From Mobula hypostoma (taxonomy: Eukaryota): a DNA stretch of 64,000 bases. The stretch covers positions 100,690,001-100,754,000 of the forward strand of contig NC_086097.1 of NCBI RefSeq assembly GCF_963921235.1. Reading direction: 5' to 3'. A program made the translations under genes and the position numbers. Below are positions 12,721 to 25,994 of this stretch, one piece after another (positions within the stretch are counted from its first letter, which is position 1; each line of letters opens with the position of its first letter). The notes below the pieces were generated by a model. The model was not told the DNA's origin, ran no database searches, and worked only from the letters and a program-made list of their open reading frames with translations.

Positions 12721-13249
12721 TAGGAATACAACTCTTCATCATCACTAGGTCAAAATCCTGGAAATGCTTCCCAATTGCACTGACATATCTTCACCCTGAG
12801 GACTGAAGTACTCGAAGTCACCCACTACAGCCTAGTCATGAACAGTTAGATCATTGCAATTAATAAAAACATGAGAAATTTTGCAGATGCTGGAAACCCA
12901 GAGCAACACTCACACTAGGCTGGAGTGACTCGGCAGGCCAGGCGGCATCTATGGAAGTGAGTAAATAGCCAACGTTTTGGGCTGAGACCCTTTTCCAGGA
13001 CTGGAAGGGAAGGGGAAGATGCCAGAATTCTGCTGGGTTCCTCCAGCATTTTGTGTGCATTGAACTGTCACAACTACTGGCCTTGTCCCAACAATCACCT
13101 CATCATTTGCCTTGTTGTAACCTCTGGAAATTCTTACCCGTCTCCTGTGCCCCACTATAGTGTTCCAATTCCTGCCATGCTGGTTGTCAGTGGGAACCCA
13201 CCTGAGCCAGGGAGGAGGGGATGTCGAAGTGCTCCCCCTTTGTGACATT

Positions 13250-14390
13250 CCAGTGCAGCTGTATAAAACTTTGCTTGGGCTGTACCTGGAGAATTGTGTG
13301 CAACCCTAATGCCCTATGATAGAGAGAAAGCAGGCATGGGGAGGGTGCAGAAAAGGTTTATCAGGATGTTGTCTGGATTAGAGGGTATGAGCTATAAGGA
13401 GAGGTTGGACTTGGGTTGTTTTCTCTTGGAGTGTTAGAGGATGAGGGGAGACCTGATAGAATTACAAGAGGAATGGACAGTCAGAATCCAGAGCAATGCA
13501 CAAAAATGCTGGATGAACTCAGCAGGTCAGGCAGTATCTACGAAAATGAATAAATTGTTGAATCCTCAACAATTGAGGAATGTTGTAGAAATGTTGAATA
13601 CCAAAGGGCACAGTTTAAGGTGGGGAGGAATTAGGGGAATGGAATGGAAAGAGGGAGGCAGGATGGGAGGAAGGGTGTGGTAATTCACTGATGTTTGTCA
13701 TAAATCTATCCCCTGAGATGGAGATAGAAGGAAACTCTGGGATATGAAGGAGATGTGTGGGGCAAGTTTTTTGGACAGAGAGCGGTTGGTGTCTAGAGTT
13801 GGCTCATAAGGATAGTGGTGGAGATAGATACACGGTTGGTGTCTGGGGTTGGCAGCCAGGGGTAGTGATGAAGATACTGTAGATATGCAGTTGGTGTCTG
13901 GGTTTGGCAGCCAGGGGTAGTGATGAAGATGGATATGCAGTTGGTGTCTGGGTTTGGCAGCCAGGGGTAGTGATGAAGATACTGTAGATATGCAGTTGGT
14001 CTCTGGGTTTGGCTGCCAGGGGTAGTGATGAAGATGGATATGCAGTTGGTGTCTGGGGTTGGCTGCCAGGGGTAGTGATGAAGATGGATATGCAGTTGGT
14101 GTCTGGGGTTGGCTCACAAGGATAGTTGTGGAGATGATTATGTGGTTGGTGTCTGGAATTGGCTGCCAGGGTAGTGGTGGCAGCGATAGATATGTGAATG
14201 GTGTCTGGGGTTGGTTGCCAGGGGTAGTGGTGGAAACTTTAAGAAGCTGTTAAACAGACACAGGAATACGGAGGGAATGGAAGGATATGGATCATGTACA
14301 GTATGATGGGATTTATTTTAATTTGGCATCACATTCAGCACATACTTTGTGCGCCAAATGGCCTATTCCAGTGTAATATTGTTCTGCTTT
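13250..14390 (+). mobile_element. CR1 3' fragment with internal insertions and an expanded minisatellite
   Basis: RVQKRFIRMLSGL, MRGDLIE and GHSLR motifs; CR1 3' UTR motif GCCAAATGGCCTATTC at ~14353. Confidence 0.75.
13783..14233 (+). repeat. Minisatellite, ~9 units of ~50-55 bp
   Basis: Unit AGTTGGTGTCTGGGTTTGGCAGCCAGGGGTAGTGATGAAGAT(G|ACTGTA)GATATGC, read directly. Confidence 0.9.
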
Positions 14391-14849
14391 CCCATGCTGC
14401 CGTTGTCTGCCTTAATGCTACGACTTTGTGGACAAGGAGCTGCCGAGATACAGTTGCGGTGGTACAGATTGTAATCGTTGTGCTCAAGCAGCAGAGGGTC
14501 TGAATGTCTGGGGCAGTGGATGAAGTGGTAACCCAAGTGCACAGTTTTGCCTGGATGCTGTGTGAATGGCATTCACCCAAATTGTTCTTGTCAAGTATTC
14601 CTGAAGTGAGTTAGAGAGCATCTATACAACAGAACACTTCTCTTCTGAACTTCCCACAGACAAATGGGGCATTACACAAATTATTTCTAGAAAAATAAAA
14701 AGATCAATAATCAGTTAACTTCTGAAATTTTTGTTTTCATGTCCATCATTACAACATTGGCTTGTTCTCCATCTCTTTATGCTGAACTGACAAGACTGCG
14801 GTTTTCCTGAAATAGTCCAGTTAAGGGATCTTCAGGTTGTTACAGCCGG

Positions 14850-15345
14850 GAGAGAGACTGGGGCCACTCTCCCCTTGCCTATTAAATGCTCCCAACGGAC
14901 GAGCATCTCAAAGAGCCTCTGATAACCAAGTCCAGATCCTGGCCTTCGTTCGTGGTACTGAGCTAGTGGTACTGATTTTCTACTGACAGGAGAAGGGGCG
15001 AAAGGCGTGTTCCTGGCTCCTTAAAACCAGTATCTTCTGGCAACTCATCTAGAAGGAACACTTTGATCTCAAACCTCCACTGCCTTGCGGCAACACCCAC
15101 TCATGAGGAAGGCTTTGAGAATAAGCCCCGAGGTGAAGTCCGGAGCTGGTGTCCCTAACGCATGCCTACATTGAGTTTAACGCTGACTGGCTGGCAAACC
15201 CTGCACGGGTCTCTGCCGTTCCTCTGGATTTATCAGCTGCGTGGAGCTGCGTTGCCTGCTACATGGGCAACAGCTTCCTCTCCAAATCGTACTGCCCAGG
15301 CTCGCTTATCACGTAGACAGCTGCGTCGCAACATCCATATTTGAC
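14850..15345 (+). mobile_element. Probable RTE-related interspersed repeat
   Basis: GAAGGAACACTTTGATCTCAAACCTCC resembles RTE-clade 5' UTR motifs; recognised by eye only. Confidence 0.35.
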
Positions 15346-16172
15346 CCGACCGACGGAGCCCCCCCCCCCTCCAGTAAGGACAACTGGAAGTAGGCAATAA
15401 ACACTGGTTTAGCCCGAGACATCAACAAATACAACAAACATTAATTGTTGCAGCTCTGACTGGGTTCGCATTGCTGTGGCTCGATGACTGTTTCCAGCAT
15501 TTATGATGTTAAGGCAATGCACCCAGGATACAGTACCGGAAATGCGGCAACCGGAGAAAAATCCCCGCCTGATCTTTCACAATACTGATGCACCTTTCGG
15601 GTATGCTCTAAAGGCCCCGAGCGCCACATCCCTAAATTTAGCCCCTTCTTCAGAGAAGGCCACATCTCGAGCTCAGTCTTTTCTCGCAGTTGCTCATCTA
15701 AGGTCCCAGGGCAGAGACTTTAAGAGCTCCGGTCGGAGTTGTTCTGGACATCAGCTGCCCCTCACTACACGCCGTTATCGCATGGCTGTGTGCGGCACCT
15801 GGACGTGCGCAGACCCTGAAACTGAAATGGTCTCAAACGAGGCCTTTGACGCTCTGCAACGGCGCACAGGGACGCCCGTGTAACACAAAGACGGGGAAGA
15901 GGGAGAGGCGCTGTCTGATCGGAGACACCCTCCACCCACCTGCTCCAGCGCACGACTCATCCGCGCCCACTACCGGGGCTGGATGCTGCCGCTTTAAGAG
16001 CTGCCTCACTTGCCCTCCCCTCCCCTCCTCAACCCCTCCTCCGGCTGTTTTGTTACAAACAGACGCTCCAGTTGGTGACAATGAGGAGGGAGAGCTGAGG
16101 CAGCGAGCCGGTGTAGAGACCGGGGAACCGTGCGGACAGAGAGCCGCGGTTTGGGACCGTGCCTGGGACTGA

Positions 16173-16712
<540 letters not shown>

Positions 16713-17188
16713 AGCCGGACCTACCCTTGCCTGCACCGGGACACATCGACATCCTTCGGGTCTGGGGCAGACCCTCCGCTGCACCTCGGCAACTTCCAGC
16801 CACCGCCGCCCCCAACACGCCGCTCCGTCGCCGCACTCTTCACCTCGACACCGCGCCGTTTTATAGAACTTTATATAACAGCGTGCAAGGACTCCGCGCC
16901 GTGATAGAAGGCACAACCACTCTTTTAATATATTTCTAGGACCGGTTAATGTTAAAATATGGGCTGAGGATCGTTTTGTTTCGACGATGATTTGTCTAGC
17001 ACGGGTTATAATATTCATATTATTCCTACGTACCTCATGTAGTGTATTTAAAGGATAACTTTACATGCCTAATGCACAGGATATGATCAACCTCAGGTAC
17101 ATCTAGAGCTGTAAAATGTATCTACTGTTGTACAATAGTGCAACGGATCCCGGGAGCTTTAGTAATCGTTCGTATATTTTTAAGGAGT

Positions 17189-17194
17189 AATAAA
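17189..17194 (+). terminator. Poly(A) signal of INAFM2-like gene
   Basis: AATAAA ~480 nt after the stop, at the end of an AT-rich UTR, followed by a GT/T-rich tract (GGTGGCGTTTTTATGTGG). Confidence 0.7.
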
Positions 17195-17479
17195 TGTTTC
17201 AAGAGCTGAATCGGTGGCGTTTTATGTGGAAGGTCGCAGTAAGTGTTGCGGAGCGGAGCGCCGGTGATCAAGGGTTGAAATTCTCTTTTGTAATCGGGTT
17301 CCTTCCTCAACTTCCTTGCTTCCCAGAATCGATTTAAACGGGGGTGGGTGGGTGGGGGGAGAGTAGCGCCGTGTGTGTTTCTTATAACGAATTACCCGGC
17401 CCTTGTTGATAGTATTTCATGTTCATCTGTGGGGAGTGGGGTTCTTCACAGCTGGGCGCAAGGGATGTTATACTGTATG

Positions 17480-19410
17480 TCAGTGATTTGGATTAATAGC
17501 TTTGTGGCCGAGTTTGTTGACGATACGAAGATGGTTTAAGAGGCAGCTAGTGTCGAGGAAGTGGGGAGTCTGCAGAAGGACTTGGATTAGGAGGGCAATG
17601 AAGTGACAGATGGAATACAGTTTAGTCATGCACTTTGGTAGAAAGAATAAAGCTGTGGAATATTTTCTAAACGGGAACCAGTTCGGAAATAAGCCTGCAG
17701 GATTCCCTAAATGCTAACTTGCAGATAAGAAAGGCAAATACAATGGTAACATTAACTTTGAGAGGACTAGAATATGTCCTCTGTAGTGCACTATAGCACA
17801 GAGGCTCTTTGGCCCATCTAGTCCATGCCAAACTATTATTCTGCCTAGTCCCATCGATTTTCCCCTCCCATCCATGTACTTGTCCAAACCCACATCCATC
17901 CAGCTGGTTCCATGCTCTCACCATCCTCTGAGTAAAGCTGTTCCCCCTCATGTTCCCCTTTAGCATTTCACCTCTCACCCTTAATCCATGACCTCTAGTG
18001 CTCATTTCATCTAATCTCAGTGGGGAAAGCCTGTTTCCTTTTTCCCTGTGTCTAGCTGTCATAGTTTTGTACAGCTCTATCAAATCTCCCCTCGTCCCTC
18101 TACGGTCCAGGGAATAAATCCTAATCTACTAAAGCTTTGTCTATAATTCAGGTCCTCAAGTCCCAGCAACATCCTTGTACATTTCCTCTATTCCTTCAAT
18201 CTTATTGATGTCATCCTTGTAGGTAGGAAACCAGAACTGCACATAACACTCCAAACTGGGCCTCACTAATGTGAAACACGGCTGCGCGAGTCTAGGGAAG
18301 ACGATCTCCGGTCCCGCTAAGCGTGGGAGATTGAAGTGCAAGCCCCCGAACCCCCCGTTTGTGTGGGTGCTGCCTGATGTTACCCTGTTACAAATCAGTA
18401 CCATGAAATAACAGAGAGTACACTGCATGCAATCAGATGATTTAGCTTTATAATTCTTAATTTGACTCCAGGGTTAGAAAAGAAAAAGTAAAGTTGGAGC
18501 TCATGGTTTCCCCTTCGCCAATCCTCCTTCAGTCTCCTCGGGCCTTATTGAGTCACGGCCCCGCTCCAGGTCGAGTCCTACAACCTCTTTTCTCTTCCCC
18601 AACAAAGATCCAAGCCCAGCCTTGTGTCCCTCACCAGAGAAACCTCCCCTAAATTGGATGGGATACAATTCTCTTATCTTCAACAGTAACCAAACAAGCA
18701 GCATACCCAGAATAGAACAGCATACCAGAGAGAAAAAATATGAACCAGGGCATTTCAAGTGTTTTATTCAACTTAAAGATAACATCCCAACTCCTGCACT
18801 TCATTCTGATTTATGAAGGCAAATCTAAAAGCAGTGATGTAATGCTGAGGCTTGGTATGGCATTGGTCAAACTGTACTTGGGGTAATGTGAGCAGTTTTG
18901 GGCCCTTTATCTAGGAAAAGATGTGCTGGCATTGGAGAGGGTCCAGAGGAGGTTTATTAGAATGATTCCAGGAATGAAAGGGTCAATGTATGTGCAGTGT
19001 TTGATGGCTCTGGGTCTGTACTCACTGGAGCGTAGAAAACTAAGGGGTGATCTCATTGAAACATATCGAATATTGAAAGGCCTAGATGGAGTGGACATGG
19101 AAAGGATGTTTCCTATAGCAGGGGAGTGTAGACCACTATGGCATGCCTCAGAGCAGAAGGACAAACACGTGGAAGAATTTCTTTAGCCAGGTGGTGGTGA
19201 ATCTGTGGAATTCATTGCCATAGATGGCTGTGTAGGGCAAGCTGTTAGGTATATTTAAAACAGATTGATGGGTTCTAGTAAGGTTAGTTAAATATTATGG
19301 GTAAAAGGAAGAGAATGGGTTGAGAGGGATAATAAATCAGCCCTGATGGAATGGCGGTGCAGACTCGATGGGCTGAACGGCCTGATTCTGCTCCTTTGTC
19401 ATATAGAACT
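17480..19410 (+). mobile_element. CR1 3' fragment (+), interrupted at ~17780-18830 by an antisense CR1 fragment and a solo LTR
   Basis: FVAEFVDDTK at 17500; resumes at ~18830 with LALERVQRRFIRMIPG; CR1 3' UTR at 19360-19410; minus-strand CR1 peptides (RGHGLRVRG, LVRPSLECYVQFW) in between. Confidence 0.8.
18272..18757. mobile_element. Solo LTR-like insertion, family B (486 bp)
   Basis: TGAAA...TTTCA inverted termini; flanks AATG/AGTG; removing it restores CR1 sequence CCTCACTAATGTTTTATTCAAC. Confidence 0.65.
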
Positions 19411-19552
19411 CAGAAAGGAGGGAGGTGGCACCCCTCTGGGTACACTCAACAGGGTGCCCAGTCTCAGTGGGGTGAGCAAGTGTCCAGCGACCAGCTCACT
19501 TCACCAGGAGATTCTCCACAGCTCACGCCGTATCCCAGCTGTGAACTTGATA

Positions 19553-19867
19553 ACCATATAACAATTACAGCACGGAAACAGGCCATCTCGGCCCTTCTAG
19601 TCCGTGCCGAACTCTTACTGTCACCTAGTCCCACCGACCTGCACTCAGCCCATAACCCTCCATTCCTTTCCTGTCCATATATCTATCCAGTTTAACTTTA
19701 AACAACAACATCGAACCTGCCTCAGCCACTTCTGCTGGGAGCTCGTTCCACACAGCTACCACTCTCTGAGTAAAGAAGTTCCCCCTCATGTTACCCCTAA
19801 ATTTCTGCCCTTTAACTCTCAACTCATGTCCTTTTGATTGAATCTCCCCCACTCTCAATGGAAAAAG
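19553..19867 (-). mobile_element. Young 5'-truncated CR1 3' end
   Basis: Open KGHELRVKGQKFRGNMRGNFFTQRVVAVWNELP...GRWD followed by the 3' UTR and a short repeat tail. Confidence 0.85.
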
Positions 19868-22800
19868 AGCTGTCAGACAGCAGACTCCCGTTCACAGGAG
19901 CCGTCAGAGAGCGGCCCCCGATCTGCTGTGACTTGTCTGTTTGTCACCACCTTCAGGGCAAAGTTGAACTAGAGTGTCTGAGCCCCAGTTAAACTGACCA
20001 CAGCACACTACGTGTCACTATCTGCCTCTCCCTTCCTTCCCTGTAGGCACTCATTCATGGGGTGAGGTGGGGTAGGTTCAAAGGAGAACAGCAGGGCAAG
20101 TTCTCTCTCAGACAAAAGTAGGTGCCTGGAATGTGCTCCCGGGATGATGGTGGAAACAAATAATGGAGATGGTTCCGAAGCTTCTAGACAGGCGAATGAT
20201 CGTGAAGAGGATAGAGGGATGTGGACCTTGTGTGGGTAGAGGGGGTTAGGCACTTAATGGCATATTTATGGCCTTAAGGGCCTGATCCTGTGCTCATCTG
20301 TTCCCTGTTCTAAAGTTCAGGATGATTTTAATTGCAGCAACAGTGGGTGTTTGATGGAGCACCAGGTACAAGGCCTGTTAGTTCCCTAGGATTCAGCTTC
20401 ATATCTCTGCTGGTTTGGTTACTGGTTAATGACAGAGCATTCAAACCGTGTGATGATCTAGCATGGTAGGTGGAGTGAACAGCGATCAGGAGTGAGGATT
20501 TCAGAGAATATGGGTTTGTGGAAATATTTGGTGAATCACTTTAGTGCAAAGAGTGAGGAGATATAATCAGGACAATCCTGAGACACTATAGCTCATTATG
20601 TTTGCGAAGATATTTGGAGTTGGAAGTACCGGTTAATAAAGTGGTTAATAATTTGAATCTTGAGACACAAGGGACTACAGACACTAATCCGGACTAACAA
20701 ACAATCTACTTGAGTATTTCAGCACGTGGAACGGTATCTCTGGGAGGAAAAGAACTGACTGAATTCAACATCCAACACAGACAATTCCTGCTCACTTCAC
20801 TGATGACCTGCTGAGTTCCTCCAGCAGATTATTTGATTCTGAATCTCAAGCTCTGTAACCAAAGCGAAGTACAACATGCCCCTGGCAGTACAATTCCACT
20901 GGGAGAGGAGTCTACCATGATGTCTGATCAAAATGATGAAAGAACAAGAGAAATGGAGGGGCCCGTTTGTTCTTCCAGCTCTGTTGTTCAACCAGACCAC
21001 AGTGGGTCCTCCACTTCAACATTGCCTTCCTGTCTTATTCCCACATGCCTTGATTCCTTTAGTAGCCAGGAATCTTTCTATCTCTGAATTCAGTAATGGA
21101 TGATTGCCCTTTGCGGTAGAGAATTGCAAACACCCGCTGTGCTTCAGGAGAAGAAATTTATGCATGAAACAGTAATGCAAGCAGGCTAGTTGGGACTGTG
21201 ATAAAGTCATCAGTAACATCACATCCGATCCAGTATTGGCCTCAATGCCACTTTCCCACTGACTCCCCAATCCCTCAACTTTCTTGTAGCTCTGTCAATT
21301 CCCACCTTGAATATATACAGTGTCTCTTTGGTGTAGCAAAGCCCAAAGATTCAGAGTCCCCCGAGAGGTAGTCTGCATCGTCATCTTTAAATGGGTAATT
21401 ATTCTGAATCCGTCTCCTCGTTCTGGTTACCACCTCAAGGAGAAACATCTGAGTAATTTATCTCTTTACTGTGAGATTGTTATTCATTAGCTGGGCAAAG
21501 ACCCATCCCAATAAGGTTAAAACCATAAACAGTAGAGTTATACAGGACAAAAGCAAGTTCTTCGGCCCAAATCATTCCTCACCAACCAAGTTGTCTGTCC
21601 AAGCTAGTCCCATTTGCCTGCTTATGGCCATTATCCCTCTACCTCCTCACCTCTGCTAGCAAGCCCAACCTGTCAACTTGCACACCAAATCACCACACAT
21701 TGAGGTTCCCATCAAGAACTGCTTCCACTGCCTGACTGTTGATAAGCTGAATCTGGAAATGTGGGGAAAAATAGTTACCATCTGGAATATGCTGCCTGAC
21801 AGTGTGATCAAAACAAATTCAATGTGTTTTTAAAAGACATTTAAAATTATTAAAGGTTTTTAAAAAAGAAATTGCTTCCTTGAATACTCTTCAATGAAAT
21901 CATAAACTAATTAATTTCCTAATCAGAAAGCTATTTTACAAAGATTAAATGCCAGATAATGTAAACAGAGGAATGGGGGGCAGAAACAGATGGGAGAGAG
22001 TAATATGGTGAATGAATATATCCATCATTGTAGGTAATGAAATTATGACAGTAATCTAACAAGCAGAACTGTCTTGATTTCAGATTTTTTCTGTCCTTAT
22101 TTCAGATTTGCAGCACCTACAATAATTTGATTTTCAGTTTAGTTGTAGATATGGATAGGAAGATCAGCTTCAGCAGGAGATCAAAGTGGATCCCTATAAA
22201 CACAGCTGGTTTGCCCTTTCTATTGGTTTCAGTAGCTACAAGTCTTGTGCTTGTGCGGTTGACCTACTGCTCTAAAATTTAAATGTCTTGATGGCTTCTT
22301 ATTTATCAGTTCCCTATAATCATCGGGGTTTTTGTTCCCTCCTGTGTAACCTCAGTACCTTCCTCTGTAGTAATGGCTTTTAGTTATTTCTATCACACTC
22401 CGTGCTATCTGTCTTTAGCCTCTTGTATGGTTCCAACGAAAGGGAAAGCAAGTGCCAGGAACAGCAGCTCACCTTCCCTAGGGGCACATTACAGCCTTCA
22501 ACATTAAATAAGAGTTTCAGGTAATTTACCCTTTCCAGTGTCTGATGAAAAGTCATTAACAGACTCCGAACTGGGCATCTCAACTCTGAACTGATTTCAC
22601 AGCCTACAAATTCTACAACTCGTGTTCTTAGAATTATTTTCTATTTGCACACTCTTGCACATTAGTTTATCGCTTGTTTATCCATAGTTGATCATAAATC
22701 CTATTGTATTCCTGTAAATGCCAACAAGAAAATGAATCTTAAGGTGGTGAATGATGGCGTATACGTGCTTCTAATTTTCTCACAGATGCTGCCGGGAATG

Positions 22801-23149
22801 CTGGATATTTTCTGCATTCTCTTTTTTCCAGATTTCCAATTATATCTCACCATTCTGGGAATTTCTCTATCTCCTCGTTTCCCTCCATTTACACCTTCCC
22901 CAGATCAGCTGAGGTTAGCATGCTTTTTTTTTCACCCTCTCTCTGTGTGTTTCTGCTAGCAATTTATGGTTGGTACTCTCTGCAGCCACTTTGTGTACAG
23001 AAACTTGAAAACCAGGTACATTGGGAATGAAGGGACATTATACTCGGTACCAAAGTACTCCAACCTCAGCCTCTCACCCAAACTGAGTTTGGTTAGCAAA
23101 CTTTTCACTCCACTGTAATGTCACATTTACCAGTGTTATTAAAGACAAT

Positions 23150-24600
23150 AGTTGTGGTTTTCCACAAAATGCTTAGCATCTTCCAGTTGGTGTGAAGGAC
23201 AAGGCTAGCAGGTTTGGGGAGGCCTGATTGATGTAAGATATTGAGGCTCTGGTTAAGAAGAAGTGGAAGACATGCCCTGTGTGTAAGCAATTGGAATCTA
23301 ATGAATCTCTTCAGGATTACAGGAAGTGTGGGATTGCACTTAAGAGAAAATTTGGGAGGCCGAAAGTAAATTATGAGAAGGCATTCAAGATGCTATAGGC
23401 ATGCTAAGTGAAAAAGGGTGGCTAGGAAAAGAATAGGTCCCCTTAAAAATCAACATGACCACCTGTGTATGGATCCAAGGGAAATGGGTGAAACTTAATG
23501 AATACTTCTCTTCAGTTTTTACTGCAGCAGCTACAGAAATGAGGGAAATGGGTGGTGTCTTGGACCAGATAAGAATTAGCAAGGAGGCCTTAAAGTGCGC
23601 TAAGGTGGATGTCCCCAGGGTTGGACCAAGTGCATTCTTGGGCCTTGTGGGAAGCTAAAGAAGAAATGCCTTTTCCCTCGCAAAGATAATTGTTTCATCT
23701 CTGCCCACAGGTGGAGGACTGGAGAGTGACTAATACAGTGTTGTCGTTTAAAAAGGGTAGCAAAAATAAACCAGGAAAGTACAGACTAGTGAGTCTGACA
23801 TTGGTGACTGAATTGCTGGATGGTATTCAGAGGTACAAGATTCACAGACATTTGGAGGGACAGGATCTGATTTGAGACGGTCAGTATGGAAAGTCATGGC
23901 CTGACAGTTCTTTAGGAATTCTTTGAGGAGGTAACCAAGAGGGTAGACAAAGGATGCTGTCTATATGGGCTTTAGTGAGGCCTTTGACAAGCTAGTTTGT
24001 AAGATTGGATTACATGGGATCCAGGAGGAGACAGCTGATTGAATTCATGATTGGCTCAGCAGTAGGAAGTGGAGGGTGTATGTTGAGGGTTATTTCATAC
24101 TGGAGGATGTGCTGGGATCTTTCTTGTTAGTAATTTATATAAATGATTTGGATGTGAATGTCAGTCAGGGCACTGAATATAGGAACTGGGAAGATATGTT
24201 ACTGTAAAGAGGACGGTGCAGTTATGTACAACATTAGTGAGGCTGCAGTTGGAGTTTTGTATGCAGTTTAGGCCACCCTGTAATAGAAATGATGCTATTA
24301 AACCAGAAAGAGTGCAGAAAGATTTACCAGGATCTTGCCTGGACTTGGGCGTCTGAATTACAAGAAAAGGTTGTGTAGACTGGGACGTAATTCCCTGGAA
24401 AGTAGGAGACCTGTTCAAGAGGAAGATAGAACAGGTGAGAGCACATAGTCTTTTTCACAGGGAGGGAATGCTGACATCAGGCAGCATAGATTACAGTTGA
24501 GGGATTTTAAAGGCAATCTGGGGCAGCTTCTTCACAGAAAGGGAGATGAATATTTGGACTAAATTGCCAGAAATAGTGGTTGAAGAGGGAACACTAACAT
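23150..24600 (+). mobile_element. Old CR1 ORF2 fragment
   Basis: LNEYFSSVFT, EDWRVTNTVLSFKKGSKNKPGKYRLVSLT; many frameshifts. Confidence 0.8.
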
Positions 24601-25994
24601 CTTTATTTTCTGAATTGACCCGACATATAGGACCTTATCAAATGCCTTACTAAAGTCCCTGTAGATAGAGTCTACTGCTTTTCCCTCATCAAACACCTTT
24701 GTCACCTAAAGCAAATACAGGAGAGTCTGCAGATGCTGGAAACACACACAAAATGCTGGAGGGACTCAGCAGATCTGGGAACGTCCATGGAAATGAATCA
24801 GCAGTCATCGTTCTGGGCCAACACCCTTCATTTGGACTGGAAAGGAAGGGAGAAGAGGCCAGAATTAGAAGGTGGGGGGAGGGAAAGCAGGAAAAGCTAG
24901 AAAATGTGGTCGAAGAGTTAGAAGACAGCAGAGATCACGGGGAGCAGTGAGAGAGGGTCTTACTGAACTCCCTTCAAAGAGAAGATTTAAACTTCTTCAG
25001 GGTAGTGTCCACCAACACCACCTCCTTAATCTTAGTACATCATAGCACATTAGCATGCCATTGTCTGCCCTCCATATCCTTCTCGGTAAATATCAATGGA
25101 AAGAGCTCATTTAGTATCTCGGCCACTTGATCTGTCTGGGCACATTATAGCCCTCAAGTCTCCACACTGAATTCAACAATTTCAGGTAACCAACCTCTCC
25201 AGTTTGTACCAGACCAATCCGTCTGATGAAAGATGTTCAACCTCTGGCATTAAATCTATTTTCCTCTGTTCACAGACACTGCCTAGCCTCCCAAATACTT
25301 CTAGCATTTCCTGAGTACTACAGCACAAAACAAGCCCTTTGGCCTATCTAATACATGCTAACTCAATCTTCTGCCTAATCCCATCTATCTGCACTCAGAA
25401 CATATCCCTCCACACCCCTCTCTTCCATGTACCTAGAAAAACTTCTCTTACATGTTACAGTTGTACTCACAGCTCATTCCACACTTGCACTACTCTCTGG
25501 GTGAATCAGTTCTCTCTCAGATTCCCCGTAAATATTTCATCTTTCACCATAAAACTGCAGTACTGTGCAAAAGTCTGAGGGACATATATATAGAGCTAGG
25601 ATGCCCAACACTTCTGCACAGTATTCTATTTGTCAACGTTGAGCAGACAGCAAGTTGGTAAATCTGGCAGGACCAGAGGATGCTGGGAATGGCGAGGGTG
25701 TGGACAGGTGGTAGAGAAGGGTTACCAGGGGCAGAGGTGGTGTGGCTACAGACACACCCAGCCCTGAGACACTAGGTAAGGTTATTTGATTCTCAACAAC
25801 TGGTTTACTGATCATTACAGAACGTACCTCTGGTGCTTACGGCTCCCTCCCCTTTTCCCAACCATGATTCCTCTCTTCCTGCCCTTTCCACTCTCAGTCC
25901 ACAATAGAGACCCATTTCAGAAACGGTTTATCATCACTCACATATGTCATGAAATGTTTTTTTTGTGGTAGCAGTACAATGCAATAAATAAATT

